A model generated the notes under the pieces. It was given only the letters and a program-made list of their open reading frames with translations. It had not been told where the DNA came from and searched no databases. Made by a program: the position numbers and the translations under genes. A DNA stretch of 63,533 nt, filler included, from Atractiella rhizophila (Eukaryota): assembly GCA_021432655.1 (NCBI GenBank). It is 28 parts of 28 records of this genome, joined end to end, with 100 filler letters (N's around TTAATTAATTAA, not from the genome) between each part and the next. Parts side by side here need not be neighbours in the genome. Positions count along the whole stretch, not along the records: positions 25,433 to 27,613 come from MU272741.1; positions 27,714 to 29,892 come from MU272742.1; positions 29,993 to 32,171 come from MU272743.1; positions 32,272 to 34,441 come from MU272744.1; positions 34,542 to 36,709 come from MU272745.1; positions 36,810 to 38,977 come from MU272746.1; 22 more parts are not named here. The stretch is one strand, 5' to 3'. Numbering within the stretch: the stretch's first letter is position 1; each line of letters opens with the position of its first letter. Positions 25,433 through 37,352 of this stretch are shown in pieces.

Positions 25433-26175
25433 TTCATGTCCAAAGGCAAGTTCAAGATATACAGATTTCGTTGCTGTCCTTCAGGAATGGGGGCGGCGAT
25501 GGGAGAGAGAGACAGAGCGGCGCCGCCCAGCTTGGGAGAAGGCATTGCGGACGCTGACATTCCGGAAATGGGCAAAAGCAAATTGGCATTGTCGACGTAT
25601 GCGCCTGGAGCAGGGGTAGGAGGCGGCGTTCCCGTAGGAGGAGAAGCGTATTTGACATGTCTGCGCGCAGGTAGTGATGTCAGTAGATTGTAGATGTCGA
25701 AGGTGGGGAGGAGACGCACATTCCCTTTCCAAAGAGAATTGTCTCATCTAGTTGTTCAGCAGCGCGTTTCGCATCTTCGGGTCGGGAGAAGATGAAGGCG
25801 ACTCCAACTGGATTCGGCGCAGAGGAAAGAATAGTTCCTGTCCAATGAAGGTTATAGCCTGCACATGGGAGGCCGGGGATCTGTGACGAACCAAAGGGCT
25901 TAAACAGGCTGAGAAGAAAATGCTCTTGCACTATTTCGATATTTCCTTCGTGAATAAAGCAGTTCCGGCGAGAGAAGAAGAAGAAATAACGGACCATCCT
26001 CTGGTATTCTCGTCACATAGACGGTTCTTTTCGCCACATCTCCAGAATCTTGAACTTCTTGAACAGGAGCGACCAATCCGTTTGATATCGGCGCAGTGAT
26101 ATCAGGGATGCTGGGATCGCTTTCCTCAACGATTGACTCGAGTGGAGACACGATATTATCGACGACAGGATTCAT
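25433..26175 (-). CDS. RRM RNA-binding protein, 5' part
   Basis: RTVYVTRIP...AFIFSRPEDAKRAAEQLDETILFGK (RRM1) and RNLYILNLPLDM (RNP2 of RRM2) at the contig edge. Confidence 0.8.
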
Positions 26176-29100
26176 ATCGAATGCTGATAGAGATGAACTC
26201 GGTTAGCAGATTGTAGTATTCGGCCAAGATGTCTCGCAGTGAGAGGAAAAGGCGAATCGGTGGAGCAAGGCAAGGGTGGGTGGCAAGAGGGAAAGAGGGG
26301 GACTGGGGATTTGTTCTGGGGAGATGGCTTTTATACGCGTCATGTTGAGAAATTGAAGTGAGACTGAGACGCGTTAAGCTTCGCTACTCGAGAGTGAGAC
26401 ATTCCCCCATTTATTCTCCACGTGTCGGTTCCGATAACATGTAATATTGCCCCGACGCTAGCATTAGCTCTCAATCAGCGGAGGCAGCCGTTTCTCCAGC
26501 CATTCCCATCTTCCCAGCCATCTACTCACTGTTTCCGTGAATGTTCCCCAGACGCATCCACGAATCGTTCTATTTCCTGGTAGTTAGCCAACATTTCAGG
26601 TATCCTAGAGTGATGAAAGACCTCGCTGAACTTTGCGCTCTCCAAAACTCTTAACATAGCAAGGGAAAAGGAAACTGAGTGACTGGGGAGGGAGTCTCTT
26701 CAAGTTGCAGGAAGGCGTTTCCCACCGCGTTCCCCAGACCTCCGCTTTCCCACAGCACGATACGAAGGTCGAGCCGTCGGTTCTTGGTGACCCCTTCATC
26801 GCGTCTTCTTTTGCCATCGGCTGCAGCATCGTGGTGAGGGCTGCAGTTATATCTCTAATAGTCTATCTTGCGAGATTCTTCGCTTGGCTCGACTCTGATT
26901 TGAGACCTTTTGGGATCCAATCTTTCACATATTGATGAAGTCGCAGAAAAGTTAAGGAATAGAAGGAAAGGAGAGGAAATGAAATTCATTGCCGTCGTGT
27001 CTATTACGCTGATTTCTCTCTTCTTCAGTGCCAAATTTTTGGCCCTGAAAAGAGAATTTGTTATGCAAGGGACATTCATCCCCGACTCTCAGACCCCCTT
27101 TGCTGTGTATCAAGTAAAAGTAGTTGTAGGAAGGAAGGCAGACAATGTCGAGTAACCTCCACCTCGAACCGCTTGTGGCATTTGAAGCGCTAGGTGAAAT
27201 ACATCCAGCCTGAAGTGAAGGACGAAAGCCAACAAAGATGAAAATTGATGATGCCACTTGCAGGTCTTGAGACACCACAATCTGGACCAGACATAAAAAT
27301 GAGGGCTCATCGACCAGTAGTCGGAGGGTTCCCCATTGCAAAGAAGAGTCGGCATCGCCCAAACCCCATACGACATGGGGATAAGAGACACTCACGATGC
27401 CTCCAACTCATTGTGATCTGGTACGGCAGATTCGTCACATTTTCAGCCGCAGCGTGTTCAATACGTGCAATTGGAAGAGTGCATTTCATATTGACATAGA
27501 AGGGAGAACGAGCAGTAGGGTAAGGGAAGGATGAATGAAACAATTAGCGCAGATGAGGGATACTGTAATTGCAAAGCTGTTACCTCTTGTACAAGCATTC
27601 CTGTGCACAAGGCNNNNNNNNNNNNNNNNNNNNNNNNNNNNNNNNNNNNNNNNNNNNTTAATTAATTAANNNNNNNNNNNNNNNNNNNNNNNNNNNNNNN
27701 NNNNNNNNNNNNNGCCTTCAGATATATCTCCATCATCATGATGCCGACACGGGAGACAATACTCTGTCCGGAACCTAAATCTATAGGCTCCGGAAGATCC
27801 GTCCGCCTTTACTTGAGACCGGGACCCTTGAGATGATCCCATATTCCCAAGTGGAATACCCCCATGGCATCATTTAAGGTTCCCATCACGTGACTATGCG
27901 CAAACCTGCGCAAGCGCAGAGAAGCATTGACCCACTACCTCTCCCTCCCTCCACGCTCCGTCTCCTCCTCACTCCCTTCAATTACACCACGAACATCTTT
28001 CGATGCTTGCTCCGATAACGGGCCCGCTTGATAACCAACAAAATCGACCGGATCATGGAAGCTTCCTTCGACGACGAAATTTGTGAGAGGAACAGGTTTT
28101 AGGATGTCCTTGTCAGCTTGGAATGGGTTGCAACAAGGTGTGTTGTCTCATATCACGGAGAAAAGGACGTAATTTCGTTTGAATGGGGGAAAGGAGCTTT
28201 TTTGTTGCAACCAGAAAATACTGCTAGGAAATGAAGGAACGACTGTGGAATGGATGAAAAGGTATGCACTTACGCTTATACTTACTTGAAATCGCTGAAT
28301 TTGGTGTAAAAGCTTTAATTCCCATCGAAATCACATGAAATGACCGGAACGGCGACGACGAATGGACTTTCGGCTCAGTCGAATAAACGCCCCTTGGATC
28401 GACGTAGAATAGCACCAGGTGTAGCTGTAAGCCCTTTCCTATCTCTAACAGTGCGTAAATCTACATCGCGAATAGCCTAACGTACCTTAGCAGCGCTTTC
28501 CGACACCTCCACCTCCAGTCCGCGATGACACCCTCTTTCGCCTCAATTGTCACCTACTTCGACTATCCCTCACGCTTTTCCCTCGCTGCGATCTCCCTAT
28601 GTGGACGAGTGGTTGATGTGTGGCGAAACTCACTTGCAGAACAGTGGCAAAGGAGGAGTTGCCGCGGATTTGGAGGACTGGATTGGAGGGAGCAACTCAT
28701 ATAATCACAAAGTGTTGACAGATAAATGAGATAATAGAAACTGATTTCTTTCATTTATTCTGACTTAAAAGTACAAAGGAACATGAGGAAGTAACTCATT
28801 CGACTGAGAAAATCCACATATCTGCACTCGAAGGGAGGAGACCATTGCTAGTGTTGGAAATGGGAGGAGACGTCAACGTGGTGAGAAACGAAGCGGACCT
28901 GTTCCGACAGTGGTTAGGACAGGAGAAAGGGACAGAGATGCAGCGGGACATGGAGAAACATTGTACATACCTGTGAAATCTCGCCATACCATATCGTGCA
29001 GTACAATATATGCGCCTAGCATGGTGCAATCGTTCTGATTGATGTCGAGCAGGTATTTGCCACGAACGCTGGAAAGGGGACGGGAGGAAATTGGTGCTAT

Positions 29101-30986
29101 CATTCACAAAAACCGTTTTTCCACTCAACCCGTGTCGAAATGACCGAAAGAGTGGACGAACCGTCTCCAACCAGCCCATAAACACTGAAAGGATTCATAT
29201 GCACGACCTAAGTACTCCCAATGCCGAGCGCAACACCTCAATTCGTCGTTTGGTCAGAAGTGGAAACGGCGAGGTTCCAGCAGGTTAGGAGCGTTCGGAA
29301 TAGGATTTCGGCGTGAGGCATCATTTGGGGGGGTCGTACTAGAGCCGAGAATGATGCTACAAGCATCTTTAGCATGAAAATGAGGCGAGGGGAGTGGGGC
29401 TGACCTGATTTTGGCGGTGATGACGGTGGGGAGGTGCTACTTCGCAAATTTTCGGCGGAATAAAGTCATGTGCGGCGAGGAAGGTTGAGGTAAGTGCACG
29501 AGGGGAACTGGAGAGCAGTAGGCTGTTTATCGAGGGTCAGAAGAGGTCAAAGTTATCGTCTCTGCATTCATGATGGGCTCAGAAACAAGGCAACAAAAAA
29601 CGGTCAGAGAAATGGAGAACTCACTTCCCCAAGCCTCTCTACCCACCGAAGGCTCTCAATCATCGTCCAGATCATCGTCAGCGACAGTTGAAGACTTCCA
29701 CTGGTCATCAAGGAAAGTGGTGGACAAAGGTTGCGCATTGCGCGCAATGCGCGCCTTGCGACCATGGCATCATCTGGGGGGTCGTACTAGGTAAGTGGAT
29801 GATCCCAGTTCATTCAACACGACGTGAAACCGCGTACCTTACATTTCCGTGTTTGTTCGTGTTTATTCACTCTCACCAAAGAGCGATTTCCTNNNNNNNN
29901 NNNNNNNNNNNNNNNNNNNNNNNNNNNNNNNNNNNNTTAATTAATTAANNNNNNNNNNNNNNNNNNNNNNNNNNNNNNNNNNNNNNNNNNNNCCTGGTTG
30001 TACACTTTCCAAATCGTCACCAAAATCTTTGCAAAAGCACATAGATTGCAATCTACACTGCATAAATACCTGGACTTCTTTCTGGAGGTCAGATTACCTG
30101 ATGTCCAATTTGCATTCCAAAATTTAGGTTAGATTGGTGTGTGTCCAATTTGTGACCAGAGTCTTGCGTCCAAAATGGGTCCAAATGGGTCGGATTTTTA
30201 TCTGACCTCTGAGCGGATATTCCGGGGTCCTGATTAGAGTCGCATGAGCAACGAGTTCAGAAGCTATTCAGAAGTTGGAGGTCTCTTATTTTGAACGAAG
30301 GTGGCATCGTGAAGGTGCACTGCGATCTCCTGCCCTGTATCAATTTCGTTGTTCGTTTCGTTGTGGTGCAGGTCCAAGTCCCAACCTAAAAGGTCCAATT
30401 CCTGTCAATGCCCCCCAACTTGCCACATTTTCCATACACCTGTTCTCTAGGAAATACTTACCTGACAAGATAAAGTTATAGAGGTCGATGTTTCCAACCT
30501 TAACCTTGACCAAATAGGAAGAGCAGGATTCCAGAACAAAGAACGGACCTGGATGGAGTCCTCATTCTCTAAGAACGATCAAGATTCGCTGTCTTGCTAC
30601 AGTACCACATTCGTTTTAGGAAGCGAAGGCATGGAGACGAAGTTTATAAGAAATCGCAACTTCGCGAAATGTGCGGTCTGTTGAAAGTGGGCACGCCTCA
30701 GGTACTCTCCGCTGGACAGACAACCACACCAAAATTGACGCCCGCGAAGATGTGGGAACGAGGGCAATTCAAAACAACGCCGCCAAATGGAGAGTCGCCA
30801 CGCACCATTAAGAATAAAATAATAATAATAATGTTCTACAAATTTTATGCTTGAATACCTGCCTAAACTCGCTACCACACCCCCGCTTGGGTCTCTAAGT
30901 ACTTTATAATCACAATCTCTCCTGCCCCGTTGTCTTTGGATGTCTCTGGCTCCGTTGCTGCTGCTGATTTTGTGCTGTTGAGCAAG

Positions 30987-32171
30987 ATGCCTTTCCATTC
31001 ACCTCTTATGACGCATGAGGAGTATGAGCAGTCGAGGCGACTGCTTGGTGAGTTTCTCTCCTCTTGAGAGATCAGGTGAACATGACTTGATGCTCCTCGT
31101 TGGAAGGCCCTTGGTTTATAGGTCTTTCACTCGAGTTCATTCTTTATGGCATCCTTCTTGTACAATTTCACACTTGTAAGCCGATTCTTCTTCACACTAG
31201 TTAGCACACAATTCATGGAACCTGCTAAAACTATCAGCACTACAAGGACGATCGTCGTTGGCTGAAACTCGTTGTCGCAGGACTATTTATCACTCAGCTC
31301 CTGAAGAGCATTCATTCTTTGTGAGCATTTTCAAAGCTTCCAGCTTCCTCCGCTTGACTCTTTTCGTCAGTGTAACCTGCTGGATCCAATTTGTGGCTTT
31401 TTTTACGGTGAGTCCTTTCAACGATAGAACGATTGTCTCAAAACTGCCTGCAGGATCTGCAAGGCGCTATTTTCCTATCATACACAGAGTGGTGGCAGAG
31501 TGCCTTCACTTTAATAGTACGTCTGCCATCCCTCGTTCTTTTAGTCACAGCTAATACACGGCAAGGACGCCTCTTGTGGTCTCTATGTGTACGCCTTGGC
31601 TACGAACAAACAAGGAGGAGGACTGACAACTGCGAATGGTAAAACAGTCAAGCTTACTTCTTATATCGATTATAGATAATCTGTAGGAAGTGGTGGGTTA
31701 TCGCAATCATCGTCGCGGTCCTCATTTTCTCGTATATTTCCATCATCATTGCGGTGAGTGAAACCTTTGGGCAGTGCAGTGTCTAAAAGGTAAGGGCCGC
31801 AGACGATCCTCATCACGGAAGCCAAATTCAATCTCATAGCACGCTGGGTCGCTGGTCACTACAGGTGCGATACCGTCACTTTCACAAATCAAACCAGGAA
31901 GGCTCAAACGCTTGAATCTAGCGGTGTATTAGCAGGCGACATCCACATCGCAGCGTGCACGGCTTACTTTCTCCTCACACAAACAAAAAAGGCTATTTTG
32001 CCTCAGTAGGATTACTTATTGATCTCTCCGAACGATCACTAAGCCTACACGGTTCCAGAACTCGCAACCTCATATTCGCATTGATCAAACTCTCCATCCA
32101 ATGTGCTGGTCCAGTAAGTCCGCTATTTGATTGCAAGAGATAGAAGTAATTCTATGACTTGAAGGCCGTAA
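30987..32171 (+). pseudogene. DUF6534-type basidiomycete multi-pass membrane protein with an in-frame TAG
   Basis: GPWFIGLSLEFILYGILLVQ, QAYFLYRL*IICRKWWV (TAG 31673..31675 where TGG is expected), DIHIAACTAYFL...RTRNLIFALIKLSIQCAG. Confidence 0.7.
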
Positions 32172-32271
32172 NNNNNNNNNNNNNNNNNNNNNNNNNNNNN
32201 NNNNNNNNNNNNNNNTTAATTAATTAANNNNNNNNNNNNNNNNNNNNNNNNNNNNNNNNNNNNNNNNNNNN

Positions 32272-33129
32272 AGGATCAAAATGGCCCTATTCGGTTACAA
32301 GACCTTGCGATACGCTCAGGCGTGGACGACTTGCTAACAAATAAAGATCTGTTTGAGGCATTTAGGAATCACGAGAAAGTCATATATGACGACCGTACAG
32401 AGCTGTGGAGGTATAAGGTATGTCTCACCCTTTCCTTTCGCCTACGTCCAGTCCACCTTCTGTCCGTTTGTTTCGGTTGAAGTCCCACTGACGATGGGAG
32501 CGTAGCCAGACCATCATCTTCCCACTGCCAATGCACTTCTCCACGTTTTACGAACGACAAACTCCCAAGGTGGTCAGAGCGTGAAGGTTCTGAAAGACTC
32601 CAACAAAGAAGTGCGTCAACAACCTCACATCCTCCTTCCGAAATGCCTACCTTTAACTGATGGCATGACCAATAGGTGGGACCCATGATTGAGTCCCTGG
32701 AGAAGCAGGGCAAAGTAATCGTCATCCGCAATCCCAACAATGGGCAAATGAAGAACGTATTCCTCGACGAGGTTGCTGACAAGTTACAGCAGGGATTGTT
32801 GGACTTGAAAGTGGACAAAGTTGACGAAGGTTTGGTTTTGCCACCTCTCCTTGTCTTCACAACGCTCACCACCCTCTTAACTAGAATTCAAAGAAGTTTA
32901 TCGCTCCTTACCACTCCCCGCCACTGTCGACTTGGCTGCTGAGCTGGCGGCGGAGGGCATCGTTTCTGTCAGACCGCTTGATGGGGGGAGGAAGAAGAGT
33001 GGCGGGGCGAAGAAGAAGGGAGGAAAGGACAAGAGGTATAACAGGAGAGTTAGGATCACTAATACCCATTTAAAGAACGTAGAGGGTATCGACTTGAGCA
33101 AGGATTTCGTGCCTGAGCCGCAAAAGTGA
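32272..33129 (+). CDS. TFA2: Transcription initiation factor TFIIE beta subunit, 5'-truncated
   Basis: NHEKVIYDDRTELWRYK/PDH, GQSVKVLKDS, IESLEKQGKVIVIR, VDEEFKEVY and C-terminal basic region plus RITNTHL. Confidence 0.92.
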
Positions 33130-33543
33130 CAGTTTTTCGTTCCTTCGTGGCCGTGTGATATACTTCATGCGCTCACGTTTAATATCGATTCAAGTTACGA
33201 GTTCACCTGTGGAAAAACGTGTATAGACCAATTGGTTATGCATTACAAATGCGTTACAAAGAATGACACTACCCTTGCATGCAAATCTTCAATTCGTCAA
33301 GAAAAGAAAAGGTCAAGTAATGCCAGTGGTCATCAAGCCTACACAACTCAATGTGTGGCTCGTTTGAACCAAGTAATAAAAGCGACAACAACAGAAGTCG
33401 TAAATCGTACCACAGTCAAGTGGTCGATTAGTGGTCATTGACATGCAACGAAGCGTGAAAAGTAACGAAGACGAAAATGCTAAGACGACGACCCAAAACA
33501 GAAGAACGACGACTGCTAATGACGATGGAGGAGAGGAAGGGTT

Positions 33544-34441
33544 CTACGATTGCTCACGAGCGACGGACCGAGCAAGACGTCGTACGACGACATCCTCAAA
33601 GAGACCACGATCAGCTTGGATGGTGGACCTCTTCACACGGTGAGAAGTCGGGTGGGCCCTCTTGGAGTGAGAAGCGACGGAACGAGCGTGTCGCTTCTTG
33701 ATCATCATCCTCGCCTTCACTGCCTTCCTAGCCGCATTACCACAAGTGCTCGACATCGCATCGACGGCCTTCGAGGCCTCAGAGGCGGAACAGTTATCGC
33801 TCAAGCATTGGGCAAAGGCACCAGTAAAGGAAGAGGTAGAGCAGAAGCAGTTAGCATCTCCATCGAGAGAGCACGATGGGGCAAGGGATCCAGCTTCCGA
33901 GAATTTGATCGAGAGACACATGTTGGCACAGTCGGAGACGCCAGAGAGAGTAATGGGGCCTTCAACATCGGTGCAGTCTCCTTCATCGTCAGAAGAATCA
34001 TTGCCTGTAGAGTTGTCTCCAGAGTCAGTCGAAGTTTGGGATCCTCCGTTGTTGTCGGAGCCAGTGGAGACGGAAGAGTCGCCGCCGTTGGAATTATCGC
34101 CATTGTTGGATGAAGATCCAGAAGACGATCCAGATGAAGCAGCATTAATGACAGCGGGTCCAGGAACGGTGTTTTGGTCGATGTTTCCGTTCTGATAAGC
34201 ACCCGGGAATTTGACAGTCTCGATGTTGTTCAAGTTAATAGCTCCAGTCCCATCCTGAACGTCAAGTTGGGCACAGAAGGGATACTGATTGGAAGAGACA
34301 ATGACTTTTAGCAACCAGGAAGAAGGACAGAAGAAGACATACATATTGATCTTGTCCTCCCTCGGCACCACTGCTCTGGCCAAAGGCGATAAGTTCGTAC
34401 CTCATAAGATATTTTCCGTTCTTCAGGCCGGCGGGAATGGC
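33544..34441 (-). CDS. AA9-like lytic polysaccharide monooxygenase C-terminus + Ser/Gly/Asp linker + CFEM domain, 5'-truncated
   Basis: Splicing a 58-nt intron (34285..34342) gives IPAGLKNGKYLMRYELIAFGQSSGAEGGQDQYYPFCAQLDV...VKFPGAY. An 8-Cys CFEM follows: DCANMCL...CSLDGDANCFC...FAQCLSDNC...C (about 33740..33950). Confidence 0.85.
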
Positions 34442-34541
34442 NNNNNNNNNNNNNNNNNNNNNNNNNNNNNNNNNNNNNNNNNNNNTTAATTAATTAANNN
34501 NNNNNNNNNNNNNNNNNNNNNNNNNNNNNNNNNNNNNNNNN

Positions 34542-35863
34542 AGGATTACGAACGCGCCAGCGTTAAGATTGCTACTAGTTTGGCCTTCTTGAATGGGGGA
34601 CAAAACTTCATCTTCTCAGCTGCGTTGACCGGGATCATGTGGCTTGCAGCAAAGGGAATTGCAGCTGGCACAATGACAGTCGGGGATCTGGTTATGGTCA
34701 ACCAACTCTTGTTCCAACTTTCTGTCCCTCTCAATTTCCTTGGTTGGTCCCTGTTTCCTAACCGAGCTCAGACACTTGTGCTGATGATTTACACTCGAAT
34801 AAAGGAACTGTTTACCGCGAACTGCGTCAATCCCTTATCGACATGGGTACCCTCTTCTCTCTTCAAAGCGTGCGACAAACTATCGCCAACTCACCTACAG
34901 CCACACCGCTCGCCTTCTCTGGCGGCAAAATTGAATTTCGCAATGTCTCCTTCGCCTACCATCCCGACCGCCCAATTTTCAAACACGTCTCCTTTATTAT
35001 TCCGGCTGGGAAGAAAGTCGCGATTGTCGGGCCGTCAGGATGCGGAAAGAGCACCGTGTTCCGTCTCTTGTTCAGGTTCTACGATCCCTCAAACGGCCAG
35101 ATTCTGGTGGATGGACAGGATTTGAAAGATGTGACACTCGAGAGTCTCAGGGAAACAATCGGTGTCGTACCACAAGACACGCCGCTCTTCAATTCGGACA
35201 TCATGCATAATATTCGATATGGACGCTTGTCCGCAAATGATGAGGAAGTCAAGGAAGCAGCCAGACTAGCAAGTGTGTCGGATACGATTGAAAGATTGCC
35301 TGAGAAGTGGGCGACGAAGGTGGGGGAGAGAGGACTCATGATCTCAGGAGGGGAGAAGCAACGATTGGCCGTCGCCAGGTTGCTGTTGAAAGACTCGCCG
35401 ATTCTATTCTTCGACGAAGCTGTACGGCACCTTCTTCACCATTCTTTTGCAAACCTGACGAGTATGGCAGACGAGCGCTCTAGACACGTATACTGAAGAA
35501 GCGCTCATGTCCAATATCCGACAAACGCTCCTCCGAAAGAACAGGACAAGCATTTTTGTTGCTCATCGTCTTCGGACGATCGCAGATGCTGGTTAGCTTT
35601 CCGCCTCAAAACTTCTTTGCTTCTGACCACGACTTGTCATTATGGCAGATATCATTATCGTCCTCAAGGATGGCTTTGTAGCCGAGCAAGGATCGCATCA
35701 AGAGCTGATGCTTCGGGAAGGTGGGGTGTATAGGGATATGTGGGAGAATCAGAGCAATGGCAAAAGTGCGAACCTCCCTGAGGAGGAGCAGGAGACAGCA
35801 GAGATCACAGTGGAAGATGGGAAACGAGAGAAGCGGGAGGAAAACGTTGTATCATCATCGTGA
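34542..35863 (+). CDS. ATM1: Mitochondrial ABC half-transporter Atm1 (ABCB7), 5'-truncated
   Basis: [38 protein letters not shown], Walker [46 protein letters not shown]. Confidence 0.96.
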
Positions 35864-35965
35864 AGGATTTAGAGGCAATGGACCATAGATTGCATGTGCA
35901 TAGGCAATAGTATCTCAATCTGACCTCATCACTCCGTTCTTCACCTCACCGCGCTCAACTGAGAA

Positions 35966-36639
35966 TTACTCGCTACATGCAAGACATGATCGTTACTCTT
36001 GATGAAAAGAAGAGAGAGACTCGAACGCACAAGTTGATGTTGAAGAATTTGAGCTCATAGGTGTTCTTGCTAGTGGCAATAACGCGGAGCCATTCCCGCA
36101 TTTGGTTCTTCTTAAGGAATTTTTTCTGTCAACCCATATCATCAATGGGATATTCCTTTCTTCTCCACTGGAGGCTATCGGGGAAAACGAACCGTGAGGT
36201 ATTTGAGGGAGCGTTTCGAGAAGGGGATGTTGGTCGTGACACTGATCTTTCCCTCACCTAGACGTTATACCGAGCTCAATCAGTCCAGCTCCTCTCTGTG
36301 GCATGTAAGGATTGACTGCGACATGATACGCACCCTCACGCTTGATAAGGACCTTATCCTCCAGTTGCCCGGTACGTCCTTCAATCTTTATCCGATCGTG
36401 GAGGAACTTCTCGAAAGCGGCAGCATCGAACTAGAAAACTAATCAACCAGGCCCCTAGAATTGGTCGAAAGGGGTTGGCGTACAATTTTGTCATTAGCCG
36501 GTCCGGAGAAGTCGATGAAGAATTTCTGCGTCTTTGGTGCAGACGGAGTTGTGGTTTTTTTCTGCAACACCAACTTATTGGTGGGTTGTTCTGAAGAAGA
36601 GCAGAATAGACATACAGCAGGGGCGGCGGCTTTGGACAT
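35966..36639 (-). CDS. RPL22: 60S ribosomal protein L22 (eL22)
   Basis: [37 protein letters not shown]...[40 protein letters not shown]. Confidence 0.95.
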
Positions 36640-36939
36640 CTTACCTATACCTTGAGAAATACGAAGAGACGAAAAACTGGAAAGGAGGTCCGTGAAAGTC
36701 AGGTGCACANNNNNNNNNNNNNNNNNNNNNNNNNNNNNNNNNNNNNNNNNNNNTTAATTAATTAANNNNNNNNNNNNNNNNNNNNNNNNNNNNNNNNNNN
36801 NNNNNNNNNAGCGTGCGGCCTTGTTTTGGCGCCGTGTGCTGCGGTTGCTTTGCGGGGCAGCTGCGCACGGTGTTTAGCGGCCAAGTGGGCCAAGTGGGGA
36901 AGCCCGTGGAGCCGGGGAAGACAGAGTACACAGTTGCAA

Positions 36940-37136
36940 AGGGTTTGAGTCCGCTGCAAAACACTTTTTCTCACCACTTCAAATAAAATTTCCTTGCAGC
37001 TTCAGAAAGGTGCCAACATATGCAGCAACATGGTGTAATTCATTTCGTTTCAATGTGGCTGCTGAGGGAGGTATGAATGCTCAAAAGTGCGTTTTATGAC
37101 TCATGCCAAGAACGGATGGCTTTTAGAGGTAAGGAT
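36940..37136 (+). repeat. Dispersed repeat copy 2 (probable DNA-transposon subterminal sequence)
   Basis: Aligns by eye with 40897..41096 and, inverted, with 4445..4565. Ends TTTTAGAGG-TAAGGAT. Confidence 0.9.
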
Positions 37137-37223
37137 GTATGGGCAACTTTTCGAAATCTTGCTTCCCTGGGAAGCAATAATTTTTTGACAAGACATTTGG
37201 AATTATATCTTGTTATGTGTCAG

Positions 37224-37352
37224 GGATCTCTTGTACGTGGCGCAGCAGGTCACGTGACTCGTTGTACATGTTACTATATGTCAGGTGACTTGTTGTACGT
37301 GCTGCTGTACGTCAGGTAACTCGTTGTACCTCTTATTGTAGGTCTGGTGACT
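37224..37352 (+). repeat. Degenerate tandem repeat, about 31-bp unit x4
   Basis: Units start at 37224, 37254, 37285 and 37316, with consensus GTGACTCGTTGTACxTGxTxxTGTAxGTCAG. Confidence 0.8.

Noticed and set aside
30808..30832. (AAT)n tail as a LINE/SINE 3' end
   Set aside because: It is short, with no TSD and no RT similarity upstream.
33550..34202. Overlapping 133-187 aa ORFs in other frames and strands
   Set aside because: Shadow ORFs of the low-complexity LPMO-CFEM coding sequence.
33544..36639. LPMO-CFEM next to ATM1 as a metal/heme gene cluster
   Set aside because: A spacer (34442..34541) separates them, so the adjacency is artificial.
37224..37352. CRISPR-like array
   Set aside because: Degenerate head-to-tail units without unique spacers, in eukaryotic repeat DNA with no cas genes.
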